Positions 9,235-19,643 of a DNA stretch of 64,000 nucleotides are shown in pieces; position 1 is the stretch's first letter; every line of letters begins with the position of its first letter. Below the pieces are notes generated by a model that was given only the letters and a program-made list of their open reading frames with translations, had not been told where the DNA came from and did no database searches. This DNA comes from Gammaproteobacteria bacterium (GTDB lineage: Bacteria > Pseudomonadota > Gammaproteobacteria > JAJRRL01): contig JAJRRL010000003.1 in NCBI GenBank assembly GCA_024279495.1, positions 2,323 through 66,322 on the forward strand, given 5' to 3'. A program made the position numbers and the translations under genes.

Positions 9235-10614
9235 ATGCTTACTTTAAATAAGAAGAGTCTCGCAGTACTTGGTTTAACAGCCTCATTAGTATCACACACA
9301 GCACTGGCTGCTAAGAAAAAAACAGATATTAGTACTACCCCATATGGTATTGAACGGTTTGTAGCTCCAGGGGTTACCGTTACCTCTACTCCTATGTTTA
9401 ATGGACGAGAAGGTGCTTATAATTCAGACATCTTATATAGCTTGCCAAGTATTAATGGAGATTTAATTCTTCTTCGTCAGCGTCAGGCATTTTATGAGGC
9501 TTTGGCTAAGAAAGGTTTGACTGCTCCCGACCATGCCATTATTGCTATCAGTGGTGCATTAGAAGCAGCGGCTATGCATGCCAATACGTATTCTCGAGAC
9601 ACGACGAGGAAAGAGGGTAGCGTTAACTTGAACACAGCAGAGTTAGATGTTTCGGTGCTTGCTAATCCGTGGGCGACGGCTCTTTTTTCATTAGATTACG
9701 ATAGTTCGCCTGCTTCGACTGGGTCTCGAGAAGAAAACTCTCGTTTGTATTTGCAGCGAGGCTTCATCACCATCGGTAATTTATCAAAGTCACCGTTCTA
9801 TTTCACAGCGGGTCAAATGTACGCACCTTTTGGTTTGTATCACAGCATGATGATCACAACGCCGGTTACTAAAAGTATGGGTCGAGTGCTTAAGCGCATG
9901 ATGGTTGCTGGTTACGATAATGGCATGGCGAGTGTGTCTGTTTATGGGTATCACAGTGAGCTATCAGGAAGTAATACTTCTCCGTTTAACCAAGGTGGTA
10001 TTAATATGTTGCTTAAAAAGACTTTTAAGCAAGTTAATGCAAGTTTTGGTATAGGTGTTATATCTAGCATCGCGGATAGTCAAGGTATGTTGCGAAATGG
10101 GCTTGAGGCAACAGCAACCAATGATAGTGATCAGTTCACAGGGCTTGTTGCCATGGAGCACAATCGCAAGTTGGCTCATGGAGTGCCTGCTTTGGCATTA
10201 GATGCGATGACACAATGGCATCACTGGGGTTTTACAGCGGGTTATGTGAGTGCTTTGAGGAGTTTTGATTCAGCAGATATGAGCTTTAATAGTCATGGAG
10301 CTCAGCCTGCTGCGCTTCACACAGAGCTGAATTATGTGTGGCATTGGCATGCCAGACCCATTACTGTTGGCCTGACTTACGGGCATACCTGGGAAGCTTT
10401 GGCTTTGAACTTGCCGCAAAATAGTATTGGCGCCGTTGCAAATATGTCGCCTTGGAAGGGCGTGACTGTTGGTTTGGAGTACCGCCATGGTCTTAATTAC
10501 ATAGCAGGTAATCAGGCTTCCGGTGGAATGATAGTTTCTTCTGAAGAGGTTTATGACATAGAAGCTGGTGGCCACCAAGATAGCATCACCGCTCAAGTTG
10601 GATTTTACTTCTAG
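9235..10614 (+). CDS. Outer-membrane beta-barrel protein, porin-like (Legionellales MOMP-like). Start at internal Met 9235 with a signal peptide.
   Basis: MLTLNKKSLAVLGLTASLVSHTALA is a signal peptide. The C-terminal residue is aromatic (..VGFYF) and the beta-strands show alternating hydrophobicity. RBS GGAAGGA upstream. Confidence 0.6.
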   Translation: MLTLNKKSLAVLGLTASLVSHTALAAKKKTDISTTPYGIERFVAPGVTVTSTPMFNGREGAYNSDILYSLPSINGDLILLRQRQAFYEALAKKGLTAPDHAIIAISGALEAAAMHANTYSRDTTRKEGSVNLNTAELDVSVLANPWATALFSLDYDSSPASTGSREENSRLYLQRGFITIGNLSKSPFYFTAGQMYAPFGLYHSMMITTPVTKSMGRVLKRMMVAGYDNGMASVSVYGYHSELSGSNTSPFNQGGINMLLKKTFKQVNASFGIGVISSIADSQGMLRNGLEATATNDSDQFTGLVAMEHNRKLAHGVPALALDAMTQWHHWGFTAGYVSALRSFDSADMSFNSHGAQPAALHTELNYVWHWHARPITVGLTYGHTWEALALNLPQNSIGAVANMSPWKGVTVGLEYRHGLNYIAGNQASGGMIVSSEEVYDIEAGGHQDSITAQVGFYF

Positions 10615-10618
10615 GCGT

Positions 10619-11341
10619 TTAGTTAAGTGTAAATGATTCTTCAGCAGGCTGTTCGGTCATTTCACCGGCAGTAGTTGTGGAACCAGTTTCCGATGTTCCT
10701 AGACTTAAGTGTATTTCACTTGGCAAATAATTCTGGTCTGGGAAGAACAGAGAAGCATTGTTTATGTCCTCTATTTCGCCAGTTTGCCCACCTAAGAGTC
10801 GTAGTAAGCTTAGACTTCGGCAGCGTCTCCAGCGAGCATCTGTGCTGGGTTGAATGTTTTTTGGAATGTCACCTGTTGCCGTTTTATTTGGATCGGTCAT
10901 GACATGGTTCATTAATAGTATGATTAAACACATGCTTGGGCTTTCGGCATGACTAATCTCTTCATGGTTTCGTCTGGTTTTCGAATATAAAGTGTAGCGA
11001 CCAACGCGGCATCGCCTAGGCATGAGTTGTTGATACTCATATAAAAAACGCCAGAGGAAAGTGACGCCATGAGCCTGAAAATAATGGCTCCATCCTTGGG
11101 CTCTATTGTACCAGAAATCCTTTCTTTGCAGCCTTACTGGCTCTGCGCTTGGCGGGGCGTTTTCTATAGTATTTGGAATGATTTTTTTTAAAGTATTAGT
11201 GTCGTTACTATCCATTTGAACCCTTTCTACCGGGGGTTTGGGGATATCTTCCATATCAATGAATTGATTGATGATTTGAAGAGCTTTTTCTCTTGTCTCT
11301 TCCGCTACCGCTACCGTTTCAGTCGGAGTTTTTTTTGACAT
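10619..11341 (-). CDS. Hypothetical protein (240 aa). The composition of its central part is unusual and a frameshift is possible.
   Basis: ORF only. No recognisable motif. The W/R-rich central segment looks atypical. Confidence 0.35.
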   Translation of the reverse strand: MSKKTPTETVAVAEETREKALQIINQFIDMEDIPKPPVERVQMDSNDTNTLKKIIPNTIENAPPSAEPVRLQRKDFWYNRAQGWSHYFQAHGVTFLWRFLYEYQQLMPRRCRVGRYTLYSKTRRNHEEISHAESPSMCLIILLMNHVMTDPNKTATGDIPKNIQPSTDARWRRCRSLSLLRLLGGQTGEIEDINNASLFFPDQNYLPSEIHLSLGTSETGSTTTAGEMTEQPAEESFTLN

Positions 11342-11471
11342 GGTGTGCCTCCTGGGAGGTGATCGTTTGCTAGGAGTGTCTATCAGTGTGACAGCATGAT
11401 ACTTGGGGGCTGTTTATCATTTATTTTTAGAAGTGAAAATAAAGATAAGCAGCTTTGTCCATGCTAAAAGG

Positions 11472-11897
11472 TTATTTTGATTTTGGCAACACGTTTTCAA
11501 TGGCGGTCAGATATTCACTATCATCAATGGTGCGTTGCTCTTGTTGAGCTTGGCACAGAAGTTCAGCGATCACTTGCATAATTTTGTGTTCTAAATCATG
11601 GGTATCGAGCAAATAGCGGGAGGCGTTGAGCCAGCGTTTTTTCATGCCAGAAGGACGATCACAGCGAATTTGCTCTCTTAAACTGATGTGTAAGCTTAAA
11701 TGTAAAAAAGGGTTATTGTGAGTTTCAAAGTCGGCATGAAGAGTTTTTTCTGAGTTATTTAGCAAAGCATGATAGTCGGGGTGGTACTGAATGACACTAG
11801 CAATATCTTTTTCTAGAGGCGTTAACGGCTCATTGTTTTGAGCTTTTTGCCAAGCTGTTAAAATGGTTTTTCGCATTTGTAGACGGTCATGCATCAT
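11472..11897 (-). CDS. Conserved hypothetical protein. Its ATGA start/stop overlap with nth suggests translational coupling.
   Basis: The start ATG at 11897-11895 overlaps the nth stop TGA at 11896-11894. ~141 aa. Possibly a DUF1841-like family, unverified. Confidence 0.5.
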   Translation of the reverse strand: MMHDRLQMRKTILTAWQKAQNNEPLTPLEKDIASVIQYHPDYHALLNNSEKTLHADFETHNNPFLHLSLHISLREQIRCDRPSGMKKRWLNASRYLLDTHDLEHKIMQVIAELLCQAQQEQRTIDDSEYLTAIENVLPKSK

Positions 11898-12550
11898 GAG
11901 AGTGTCTCTTCTAGGTTTTTTGAGCCATAGCGGCACCATGTTTCAACAAGGCAGTTTGAGCACTGTGGTTTTCTGGCTTGGCAAGTGTATCGCCCCAGCA
12001 AAATTAACCAATGGTGAGCATTTAAAAGATAATGGCTTGGAATCGCTTCGAGCAGCTGTTTTTCAATAGCCAAAGGAGTGCTTCCTTTGGCGAGTCCTGT
12101 TCGATTTGCGACACGAAAAATATGAGTATCAACGGCTAAGGTTGCTTGTCCGAAAGCAGTGTTCAAAATAACATTTGCTGTTTTTCGCCCAACGCCGGGA
12201 AGGGCTTCTAATTCTTCACGAGTAAAGGGAACTTTCCCTTTGTGCTTTTCAACCAGTAGTTGGCACGTTGTTATGATATGTTTCGCTTTGTTTCGATACA
12301 AGCCGATGCTCTTGATAGCATCCGTCAGGCCTTCTAAACCAAGTTTAAGTATTTTTTCCGGAGTGTTTGCTTTTTTGTAAAGAGGTTTGGTCGCTTTGTT
12401 AACGCCAATGTCAGTTGCTTGTGCTGACAAAATAACACTAATGAGTAGTTCAAAGGTGCTGTGATAAATCAGTTCGGTTGTTGGGTTTGGGTTGTCCGCT
12501 TCTAAGGTTGAGAAAAAAAGCTCTCGGTTTTTTTTAAAAACCACAATCAA
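11894..12550 (-). CDS. nth: Endonuclease III (DNA glycosylase/AP lyase)
   Basis: HhH-GPD motif (LPGVGRKTANVIL). C-terminal 4Fe-4S cluster CQARKPQCSNCLVETWC. Confidence 0.9.
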   Translation of the reverse strand: MIVVFKKNRELFFSTLEADNPNPTTELIYHSTFELLISVILSAQATDIGVNKATKPLYKKANTPEKILKLGLEGLTDAIKSIGLYRNKAKHIITTCQLLVEKHKGKVPFTREELEALPGVGRKTANVILNTAFGQATLAVDTHIFRVANRTGLAKGSTPLAIEKQLLEAIPSHYLLNAHHWLILLGRYTCQARKPQCSNCLVETWCRYGSKNLEETLS

Positions 12551-13176
12551 AGCTCCTTCTTTTTTTCTTGCATGCGAGCAAGAGCTGCTTGAATGGCATC
12601 TTGCCTTGCTTTCAAGCTTGTTTTTTTTGGGCCACTTTTTTTCATGGATTGATGTTTGCTTCGGTGATCTTTGCTGCGGCGCTTGTCTCGAGTTTGATGA
12701 TTGTCAAAGCGAGTACGCCAAATATTTTGTTGTGTTTTAGCGTCCTCTCCTGTTTTTGCTTGAATAGGATGTATGTCAATGCAATCCATAGGGCAAGCAG
12801 GGATACAAAGCTCACAGCCTGTGCATGCATCAGCAATAACCGTATGCATTCGTTTGCTACGCCCTATGATGGCATCGGTTGGACAAACAGGTAAGCATTT
12901 TGTACAGCCTATACAAAGAGACTCATCGATGATGACAATGGAGGGGGCTTTGGTTATTTTTTTTAAATCATCTTCTAGATGCTCGGTGTCTTTTTCTAAA
13001 TATTTCCCGATAGCTCGCAATGTGGGTACGCCGCCAGGCAAGCATCGATTTAGAGGAGCATTTTCTTCAATAATCGCTTTAGCATAAGGACGGCAGCCAG
13101 GGTATTCACATAGCTCACATTGTGTTTGCGGTAGCAAAGCATCGATGGCATTGATCTGTGAATCGCTGTTGCTCAT
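12547..13176 (-). CDS. rnfB: RnfB-like 4Fe-4S ferredoxin (electron transport complex subunit B homologue)
   Basis: N-terminal CELCEYPGC cluster and two CxxCxxCxxxCP ferredoxin motifs (CIGCTKCLPVCP, CTGCELCIPACP). Conserved position immediately upstream of nth, with a 4-nt overlap. Confidence 0.75.
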   Translation of the reverse strand: MSNSDSQINAIDALLPQTQCELCEYPGCRPYAKAIIEENAPLNRCLPGGVPTLRAIGKYLEKDTEHLEDDLKKITKAPSIVIIDESLCIGCTKCLPVCPTDAIIGRSKRMHTVIADACTGCELCIPACPMDCIDIHPIQAKTGEDAKTQQNIWRTRFDNHQTRDKRRSKDHRSKHQSMKKSGPKKTSLKARQDAIQAALARMQEKKKEL

Positions 13177-13177
13177 G

Positions 13178-14833
13178 TTATGAGGTCTCGTTAGCAGTAG
13201 CGAGTAGCGCTTCTACTTGCTCTGGAGTGACACGACTTAGCAGTGGAGAGAAATCAGCGATTCTGTGGTTAAGTAAAGGTGTGTTGAGGCTATCCCAAGC
13301 TAAATTTTCGACACTTAAAAAGTCTTTTACTTGGCTGGCAATGTGAGGAATCACAGGGGCAAGATAGATTGAAAGCACTCTGAATAGTTCGACACCCATG
13401 CTGCATACAGCTTGTACCTTTGGATCTTGAGGATCGATTTTTGCTAAAGCCCACGGTTTGTTTGCGTCGATGTATTGATTCACGCGATCAGCGAGTGACA
13501 TAATAAGCCGGATTGCTCGAGCATAGTCTGTTGTGTCATACAGGTTAGCAATGGTCTCTTTTTCTTTTAGACATTCTTCTAGAAGTTCTGGATTGTCTAA
13601 ACTGCTTGATAGTGTGTTGTTGAAATGTTTTCGTAAGAAACCCGCGCAGCGGCTGGCGATGTTAATGTATTTGCCAACAAGATCTGCATTAACGCGTAGG
13701 CGAAAGTCTTCTAGGTTTAAGTCAATGTCATCGGCATTATTGCTTAATTTGGCAGCGTAATAATAGCGTAGGCAGTCAGGGTTTAGATGTGTCAGGTAGT
13801 TGCGAGCAGTAATAAACGTACCGCGAGATTTCGACATTTTTTCATTATTTAAGGTGAGGTAGCCGTGTACAAATAATTTAGTGGGTAAGCGTTTTTCTGT
13901 TGCATGTAAGACAGCAGGCCAAAACAAGCCGTGGAAATAAGCAATGTCTTTTCCGATAAATTGATACAGCGTAACATCGCTTTTTTCTCCCCAGTAACGA
14001 TCCATGTCGAGCTTGAGGTTGGGGTTGTTGTCAGCCAATTGTTTAAAGCTAGCAATGTAACCTATCGGTGCATCCATCCAGACATAAAAAAACTTATCGG
14101 TTTCACCAGGAATGGGAAAGCCAAAGTAAGGAGCGTCTCTGGATATATCCCAAGGGCGAAGCGTTTCTTTAAACCATTCCTTGAGTTTATTACTGACTCG
14201 CTCGGGTAGTGCGCCAGCGTCTAACCAATGTGTTAAAAACTCTCGCAGTGGTTCTAAAGCTAAGAAGACGTGTTCTGATTTTTTGTGGATCGGCGGTTTT
14301 CCTGAAAGAATGGAGCGTGGGTCCACTAACTCAGTAGAAGAATACGATGCGCCGCATGCTTCACAGTTGTCGCCGTATTGATCTTCGGCCTTGCACTTGG
14401 GGCAGATGCCTCGAACGTAGCGGTCTGGTAAGAACATGCCATGCTCTTCATCGTAGGCTTGCGAGATAGATTGCCGGATGATGTGGCCTTTGTCCTTGAG
14501 TGTTTGATACATATCTGAGACGAGTTCTTTATTTTCGGGTGAGTGAGTTGTGTAGAAATTGTCGAAAGCGAGATGAAAGGCAGCCAGATCTTCTTGGTGG
14601 TGTTTTCGGACACGCTCAGTGAGAGACTCGGGAGATTCATTATTCTCAGCAGCTTTTAGCATGATCGGAGTGCCATGTGCGTCTGAGCCACACAGGAAAA
14701 GAGTCTCTCGGCCTTGGGCTCGAGCTGCTCGCGAGGCAATATCCGCCTGAATGTACTCCACTAAATGCCCCAGATGGATATCGCCGTTGGCGTAGGGCAG
14801 CGCTGCTGTGATCATGAGTGGTGATTGGGTCAT
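13178..14833 (-). CDS. metG: Methionine--tRNA ligase (short form without the C-terminal tRNA-binding domain)
   Basis: HIGH-type motif (GDIHLGHLVEY), KMSKS, zinc knuckle CPKC...CEAC. 551 aa. Confidence 0.9.
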   Translation of the reverse strand: MTQSPLMITAALPYANGDIHLGHLVEYIQADIASRAARAQGRETLFLCGSDAHGTPIMLKAAENNESPESLTERVRKHHQEDLAAFHLAFDNFYTTHSPENKELVSDMYQTLKDKGHIIRQSISQAYDEEHGMFLPDRYVRGICPKCKAEDQYGDNCEACGASYSSTELVDPRSILSGKPPIHKKSEHVFLALEPLREFLTHWLDAGALPERVSNKLKEWFKETLRPWDISRDAPYFGFPIPGETDKFFYVWMDAPIGYIASFKQLADNNPNLKLDMDRYWGEKSDVTLYQFIGKDIAYFHGLFWPAVLHATEKRLPTKLFVHGYLTLNNEKMSKSRGTFITARNYLTHLNPDCLRYYYAAKLSNNADDIDLNLEDFRLRVNADLVGKYINIASRCAGFLRKHFNNTLSSSLDNPELLEECLKEKETIANLYDTTDYARAIRLIMSLADRVNQYIDANKPWALAKIDPQDPKVQAVCSMGVELFRVLSIYLAPVIPHIASQVKDFLSVENLAWDSLNTPLLNHRIADFSPLLSRVTPEQVEALLATANETS

Positions 14834-14968
14834 GCTCGACTCCTTTTTTAAAACGCCCTCATGTTACTGCTTATGTACAGCGCAGTCCACAGAAGGTACA
14901 ATTGACAGAGGTTCACGCATGAAAATGTGATGCGTACGAGCTGACATTTAATACAATTAGGAGTGATC

Positions 14969-16045
14969 ATGCCATCTTCTTTTGATACTGTTTGCGAGGC
15001 ATTAGGGGCGATTATAGACCCTTATACGCATCAGAAGTTTGATAAAAAATCGATCACATTGCAGGGTGATTCGGCAGCAGCAGAGTTAGTGCTTTCATTG
15101 GGTTATCCCATCTCGGATCGTTTGTTTGAGTCACATCACGTATTAATAAAAGGTACCTTGTCTGAGCATGGCTGGGAGGCAAAGCGTATTGATCGAGTGA
15201 ATCGTATTCGATCGCATTCTGTACAAGAAGGTGTGAAAGCGCTTCCAGGTGTAAAAAATGTGATTGCCGTTGGTTCTGGCAAGGGCGGTGTTGGTAAATC
15301 AACGGTTGCTGTGAATTTGGCTTTTGCTTTAGCGCGCATGGGTGCGCGAGTGGGTGTGTTGGATGCCGATATTTATGGGCCTAATGTGCCAGCTATGTTG
15401 GGGGTTGAGCCTCAAGAAGTGTCGGTTGCTCAAGAGAAAGACGTGTTTGAGCCAGTATTGGCTCAGGGTTGCCAGAGCATGTCGATGGCTTATTTAGTGC
15501 CAGATGGTCGACCCATGGTGTGGCGAGGGCCGATGGTGAGCGGGGCTTTATTGCAGTTAGCTCAGCAAACACGTTGGGATCAATGTGATTACTTGATTGT
15601 CGACCTTCCTCCAGGAACAGGTGATATTCAGCTGACTTTGTCTAAAAAAATTCCAGTGACAACGTCTGTGATTGTCACAACCCCGCAAGTGGTGGCTTTG
15701 CTTGATGTTCAAAAAGGAATCGGCATGTTTGAAAAGGTCGGTATTCCCATAGCTGGTTTGGTTGAAAATATGAGTGGCTTTACCTGCCCGCATTGCCATG
15801 AACAGAGCGACATTTTCTCTAAATCAGGTGGCGCGGCTTTGGCAGAGGCTCTCTCGATACCCTTACTAGGAAGCCTGCCTTTATCTCCCAAGTTGCGAGA
15901 AGCCGGGGATTTAGGAGTTCCTTTGGCAGATCAAGATGAGATCTCGTCGATATTTGAGGAGATGGCAGTGTCTGTTACTTCCGGAATATCAACACAAGAC
16001 ATTGATTATTCAAGGCATTTCTCAAATGTCCAGGTCACTGACTAA
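14969..16045 (+). CDS. mrp: Fe-S cluster carrier ATPase Mrp/ApbC
   Basis: Walker [10 protein letters not shown]. CxxC (CPHC) near the C-terminus. RBS AGGAG 6 nt upstream of the ATG at 14969. Confidence 0.85.
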   Translation: MPSSFDTVCEALGAIIDPYTHQKFDKKSITLQGDSAAAELVLSLGYPISDRLFESHHVLIKGTLSEHGWEAKRIDRVNRIRSHSVQEGVKALPGVKNVIAVGSGKGGVGKSTVAVNLAFALARMGARVGVLDADIYGPNVPAMLGVEPQEVSVAQEKDVFEPVLAQGCQSMSMAYLVPDGRPMVWRGPMVSGALLQLAQQTRWDQCDYLIVDLPPGTGDIQLTLSKKIPVTTSVIVTTPQVVALLDVQKGIGMFEKVGIPIAGLVENMSGFTCPHCHEQSDIFSKSGGAALAEALSIPLLGSLPLSPKLREAGDLGVPLADQDEISSIFEEMAVSVTSGISTQDIDYSRHFSNVQVTD

Positions 16046-16115
16046 ACACTTGCTTATTCAGGTCCTACGCGCGAAACTTGGGGTTCACATCACATTGACC
16101 GGAGAAATGACAGAT

Positions 16116-16703
16116 ATGTCGATTAAATCAGATCATTGGATAAGACGAATGGCTTTAGAGCGTGAGATGATTTCACCGTTTGAGTCAGATCAGGTGAGTA
16201 TGCTCGATGGGCGTCGCGTTGTCTCTTATGGAACGTCTAGTTACGGTTACGATGTGCGTTGCGCCGATGAATTTAAAGTGTTCACAAACATTCACTCAGT
16301 AGTGGTTGATCCTAAAGCCTTTGACGATAAAAGTTTTGTGGATGTCCAAACGGATGTGTGTATCATTCCACCTAACTCATTTGTCTTGGCCAGAACGGTT
16401 GAGTATTTTAAAATTCCTCGAGAAGTACTGACAATTTGTTTAGGCAAGTCTACTTATGCACGTTGCGGAATTATTGTGAATGTCACGCCACTTGAGCCTG
16501 AGTGGGAAGGTCATGTTACCTTAGAGTTTTCAAATACAACCAATTTACCAGCAAAAATTTATGCAAACGAAGGCGTGGCTCAGATGTTATTTTTAGAGTC
16601 AGACGAAGTGTGTGGTACCTCTTATGCTGATCGTGGTGGTAAGTACCAGGGTCAAACAGGTGTGACTCTGCCTCGTTTAAAAGAATCTAAGACTGAGGAA
16701 TAG
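16116..16703 (+). CDS. dcd: dCTP deaminase
   Basis: [13 protein letters not shown]...[32 protein letters not shown]. ~195 aa. The ORF-track start at 15936 overlaps mrp and is rejected. Confidence 0.85.
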   Translation: MSIKSDHWIRRMALEREMISPFESDQVSMLDGRRVVSYGTSSYGYDVRCADEFKVFTNIHSVVVDPKAFDDKSFVDVQTDVCIIPPNSFVLARTVEYFKIPREVLTICLGKSTYARCGIIVNVTPLEPEWEGHVTLEFSNTTNLPAKIYANEGVAQMLFLESDEVCGTSYADRGGKYQGQTGVTLPRLKESKTEE

Positions 16704-16707
16704 TCCT

Positions 16708-17763
16708 ATGATTGAGCTTCGTGGCATTAAAAAAACATATCGCTTACCGACAGGTGAATCACTGCGCGTGCTTGATGATGTTAACTTGATTATTCCCAAA
16801 GGAAAAATCATGGGAGTCATTGGGCGTAGTGGTGCAGGTAAAAGCACCTTAGTGCGTTGTGTGAATGGTTTAGAAAAGCCAGACAGTGGAGAGGTTTTTC
16901 TAGATGGCCAATCACTTCTGACAGTATCTGCTTCTGCACTTCGTAAAGCGCGTTCAAAAATGGGCATGATTTTTCAGAATGTAAATTTACAAAAAAGAAA
17001 AACGGTTTTTGAGAATGTCGCTTTTCCATTGATCTTGCAAGGTGATGATAAAGACGCGATTCGCAAGCGAGTCATGAGTTTGCTTGATCAGGTGAGCTTG
17101 ACTGACAGGGTTGATCATTTTCCTTCACAGCTCAGCGGTGGTCAGCAGCAACGAGTTGCGATTGCTCGAGCCTTAGCAACAGCGCCGCCTGTTTTGCTAT
17201 GTGATGAAATGACTTCCGCTTTGGATCCAGAGACGACGCAACAAATTTTATCGCTTTTGCTGTCATTACAGCGCTCTTTGAATTTAACCGTTCTGCTAAT
17301 CACGCATGAGATGGCTGCGATTCGACAAGTGGCGGATCGAGTGGCGGTGATGGAAGCTGGCCAGCTTATTGAAGAAGGGTCAGTGCTTGATATTTTTCAA
17401 AAGCCCAAAACAGAGACTACAAAAGCGTTGGTTCAATCCGATGCTCATTTAGGTTTACCTGCTTCGTTGCAAGCGGTTTGCCAAGCTGAGCCTGTTGAAT
17501 CAGGTTATCATTTATTAAATTGCACTTTTTCAGGAGCAGTGGCCGCTCAGCCACTTATCAGTGAATGCACGACTCGCTTTGGCGTTGCTCTTAATATTTT
17601 GCAAGCGAATCTAACAACGGTGCATGGCAGTTTGATGGGTAAAATGTGTGTGGCTATTGAGTTAAGTGATCATTTGCCGCAGGTTGTTGGTTTTTTAAAA
17701 GAGAGCGGTTTAACAGTGGAGGCATTGGGTTATGTTAACCGGAATGACTGGAGTCTTTCTTAG
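16708..17763 (+). CDS. metN: Methionine ABC transporter ATP-binding protein with a C-terminal NIL domain
   Basis: Walker A GRSGAGKST, signature LSGGQQQR, Walker B LLCDE, plus a ~100-aa C-terminal extension typical of MetN. Confidence 0.85.
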   Translation: MIELRGIKKTYRLPTGESLRVLDDVNLIIPKGKIMGVIGRSGAGKSTLVRCVNGLEKPDSGEVFLDGQSLLTVSASALRKARSKMGMIFQNVNLQKRKTVFENVAFPLILQGDDKDAIRKRVMSLLDQVSLTDRVDHFPSQLSGGQQQRVAIARALATAPPVLLCDEMTSALDPETTQQILSLLLSLQRSLNLTVLLITHEMAAIRQVADRVAVMEAGQLIEEGSVLDIFQKPKTETTKALVQSDAHLGLPASLQAVCQAEPVESGYHLLNCTFSGAVAAQPLISECTTRFGVALNILQANLTTVHGSLMGKMCVAIELSDHLPQVVGFLKESGLTVEALGYVNRNDWSLS

Positions 17764-18385
17764 CGCTAGCTGGGATACCATCCTAATGATTGTATGCTCC
17801 ACGGTAGTGGCTGTGTTGCTTGGCTTGCCTATGGGTGTGTTTTTGTGGGGAGGCGCTTTAGGTGGTTGCATCGAAAAGCCATCCTTACATCGTCTGGTAT
17901 CGGCATTGGTAAATATCATGCGTTCAGTCCCCTTTATTATTTTAATGGTTGCCTTAATTCCAATCACACGTTTTTTAGTGGGTAGCTCAATAGGAACAGC
18001 CGCTGCGATTGTGCCTTTGGCTATTGGCGCTATTCCTTTTTTTGCACGTTTGGCTCACGCTTCTTTAGAGGCCGTTCCTCATTCTTTGGTTGAAGCCTGT
18101 GAATCAATGGGGGCGACGCCTTGGCAAATGATTTCTCGTGTGATTGTCTCAGAAGCAATGCCTGCTTTAGCTAGAGGAGTGACCTTAACAGCGGTAACGT
18201 TAGTCGGTTATTCTGCAATGGCTGGCACTGTCGGCGGTGGCGGTTTAGGCGATGTTGCTATTCGTTATGGTTATGATCAATTCAATATGCCAGTGATGCT
18301 AGTCACGATTGTGATTTTAGTTATCTTGGTTCAGCTGATGCAATGGCTGGGCGACTGGTGGGCGAACAGTTTAGATCACTCATAA
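17732..18385 (+). CDS. metI: Methionine ABC transporter permease
   Basis: 217 aa with 5 TM segments. Overlaps the metN end. RBS GTGGAGG. Confidence 0.85.
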   Translation: MLTGMTGVFLSASWDTILMIVCSTVVAVLLGLPMGVFLWGGALGGCIEKPSLHRLVSALVNIMRSVPFIILMVALIPITRFLVGSSIGTAAAIVPLAIGAIPFFARLAHASLEAVPHSLVEACESMGATPWQMISRVIVSEAMPALARGVTLTAVTLVGYSAMAGTVGGGGLGDVAIRYGYDQFNMPVMLVTIVILVILVQLMQWLGDWWANSLDHS

Positions 18386-18398
18386 AAGGAGATCACTC

Positions 18399-19187
18399 AT
18401 GAAAAAAATCTCACGGTATGCCGTCGTTGCACTTGCTTGCTTAACAGCCTCCTGCCACGATAAGTCATCCACATTAGAGGTGGGTGTGATTGCTGGGCCA
18501 GAAGCACAGCTTGCGCTTGAAGCTGCTGATGTAGCGAAGAAAAAATACGGACTGTCAGTGAGTCTTGTGCCTTTTACGGACTACAACGTACCGAATATGG
18601 CTTTAGCTGATGGCAGTATTGATGTGAATGTGTTTCAGCATAAACCCTTTCTGGAAGCACAAGAAAAAGCTCGGGGATATAAATTTGTCATTCTAGGGCG
18701 AACATTTATTTATCCCATGGCGCTTTATTCTAAAAAAATAAAAACGTTAGCGGCCTTGAAAGAGGGATCAAAAATTGCTATTCCAAATGATCCAAGTAAC
18801 GAGGCTAGAGCTCTGTTGTTGCTTCAAGATGCATCGCTTATCACACTTAAGCCAGGCGTCGGTTTTACCGCAACGCCTTTGGCAATTGTAGCTAACCCAA
18901 AACATCTCAAAATCATTCCTTTGTCTGCCGCTCAGTTACCTCGAGCCTTAGGCGATGTGGCTTTAGCTGCGATCAATACAAACTATGCACGTGCGGCTGA
19001 ATTGTCGCCAGCTCGCGATGGTTTGTTTTTGGAAAAGAAAAGCTCTGCGTATGCAAACATCATGGTAGCTCGGGCAAGTGATAAAAATGACCCTCGCTTA
19101 ATGGAATACGTTAAAGCCATGCAAAGTGAAGCGGTGCTTAAAAAAGCTCATGAGTTATTTGGTGATGATGTGATGAAAGCTTGGTAA
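18399..19187 (+). CDS. metQ: Methionine-binding lipoprotein (NlpA/MetQ family)
   Basis: Lipobox LTASC. 262 aa. Follows metNI in the canonical order. RBS AAAAGGAG. Confidence 0.85.
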   Translation: MKKISRYAVVALACLTASCHDKSSTLEVGVIAGPEAQLALEAADVAKKKYGLSVSLVPFTDYNVPNMALADGSIDVNVFQHKPFLEAQEKARGYKFVILGRTFIYPMALYSKKIKTLAALKEGSKIAIPNDPSNEARALLLLQDASLITLKPGVGFTATPLAIVANPKHLKIIPLSAAQLPRALGDVALAAINTNYARAAELSPARDGLFLEKKSSAYANIMVARASDKNDPRLMEYVKAMQSEAVLKKAHELFGDDVMKAW

Positions 19188-19193
19188 ATGGCT

Positions 19194-19239
19194 GTTTATA
19201 TTTCTACTGTACGGGCACTACTTGAATGATTTTCTGCGT
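19194..19239 (+). repeat. Direct repeat family F copy 1 (46 bp)
   Basis: gtttatatttctactgtacgggcactacttgaatgattttctgcgt is repeated at 19335-19381. Confidence 0.8.
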
Positions 19240-19334
19240 GTCACTGCTCACATACCGTGTGTACGCTGCGCTGCAATACTCAAAAATCTTCCAATTAGCA
19301 CTCCACACAGCGAAATCTAAATCAGCCACTTGAG

Positions 19335-19381
19335 TGTTTATATTTCTACTGTGCGGGCACTACTTGAATGATTTTCTGCGT
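19335..19381 (+). repeat. Direct repeat family F copy 2
   Basis: Near-identical to 19194-19239 (one or two mismatches). Confidence 0.8.
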
Positions 19382-19422
19382 TTCGCTTTTGTTGGCGCCC
19401 CGGGGATGTAGCGAGCCCACAC

Positions 19423-19502
19423 TTGTCACCCGAAGGCAATGTAATGACGTAGGGGGCCTAGCTTCGATCCAGTTTGTACGAAGTGCGAACTAAGGATCTT
19501 TA
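19423..19502 (+). repeat. MITE-like repeat family A copy 3
   Basis: cttgtcacccgaaggcaatgtaatgacgtagggggcctagcttcgatccagtttgtacgaagtgcgaactaaggatctt. Confidence 0.8.
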
Positions 19503-19511
19503 CCAATTTTA

Positions 19512-19560
19512 TTTTTAAAAGCAGTGTGCAGGGTTGTACTCACGATAAGGTTAGGGCTTA
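19512..19560 (-). repeat. Repeat family C copy 2
   Basis: Its reverse complement matches ctttcaagattaagccctaaccttatcgtgagtacaaccctgcacactgc. Confidence 0.7.
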
Positions 19561-19563
19561 ATC

Positions 19564-19643
19564 TTGAAAGATCGCTAGTTGTTACCTTGTAACAACGGAT
19601 CAAGCCTGGGTCCTCGACGTCACTTCGTTCCTGAGGATGACAA
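19564..19643 (-). repeat. MITE-like repeat family B copy 1 (~80 bp, inverted orientation)
   Basis: Reverse complement of cttgtcatcctcaggaacgaagtgacgtcgaggacccaggcttgatccgttgttacaaggtaacaactagcgatctttcaa. Confidence 0.8.

Noticed and set aside
15936-16115. An N-terminal 60-aa extension of the dcd ORF
   Set aside because: It overlaps the 3' end of mrp. Dcd family proteins begin at MSIKSDHW, and an internal ATG with an upstream GGAG is available.
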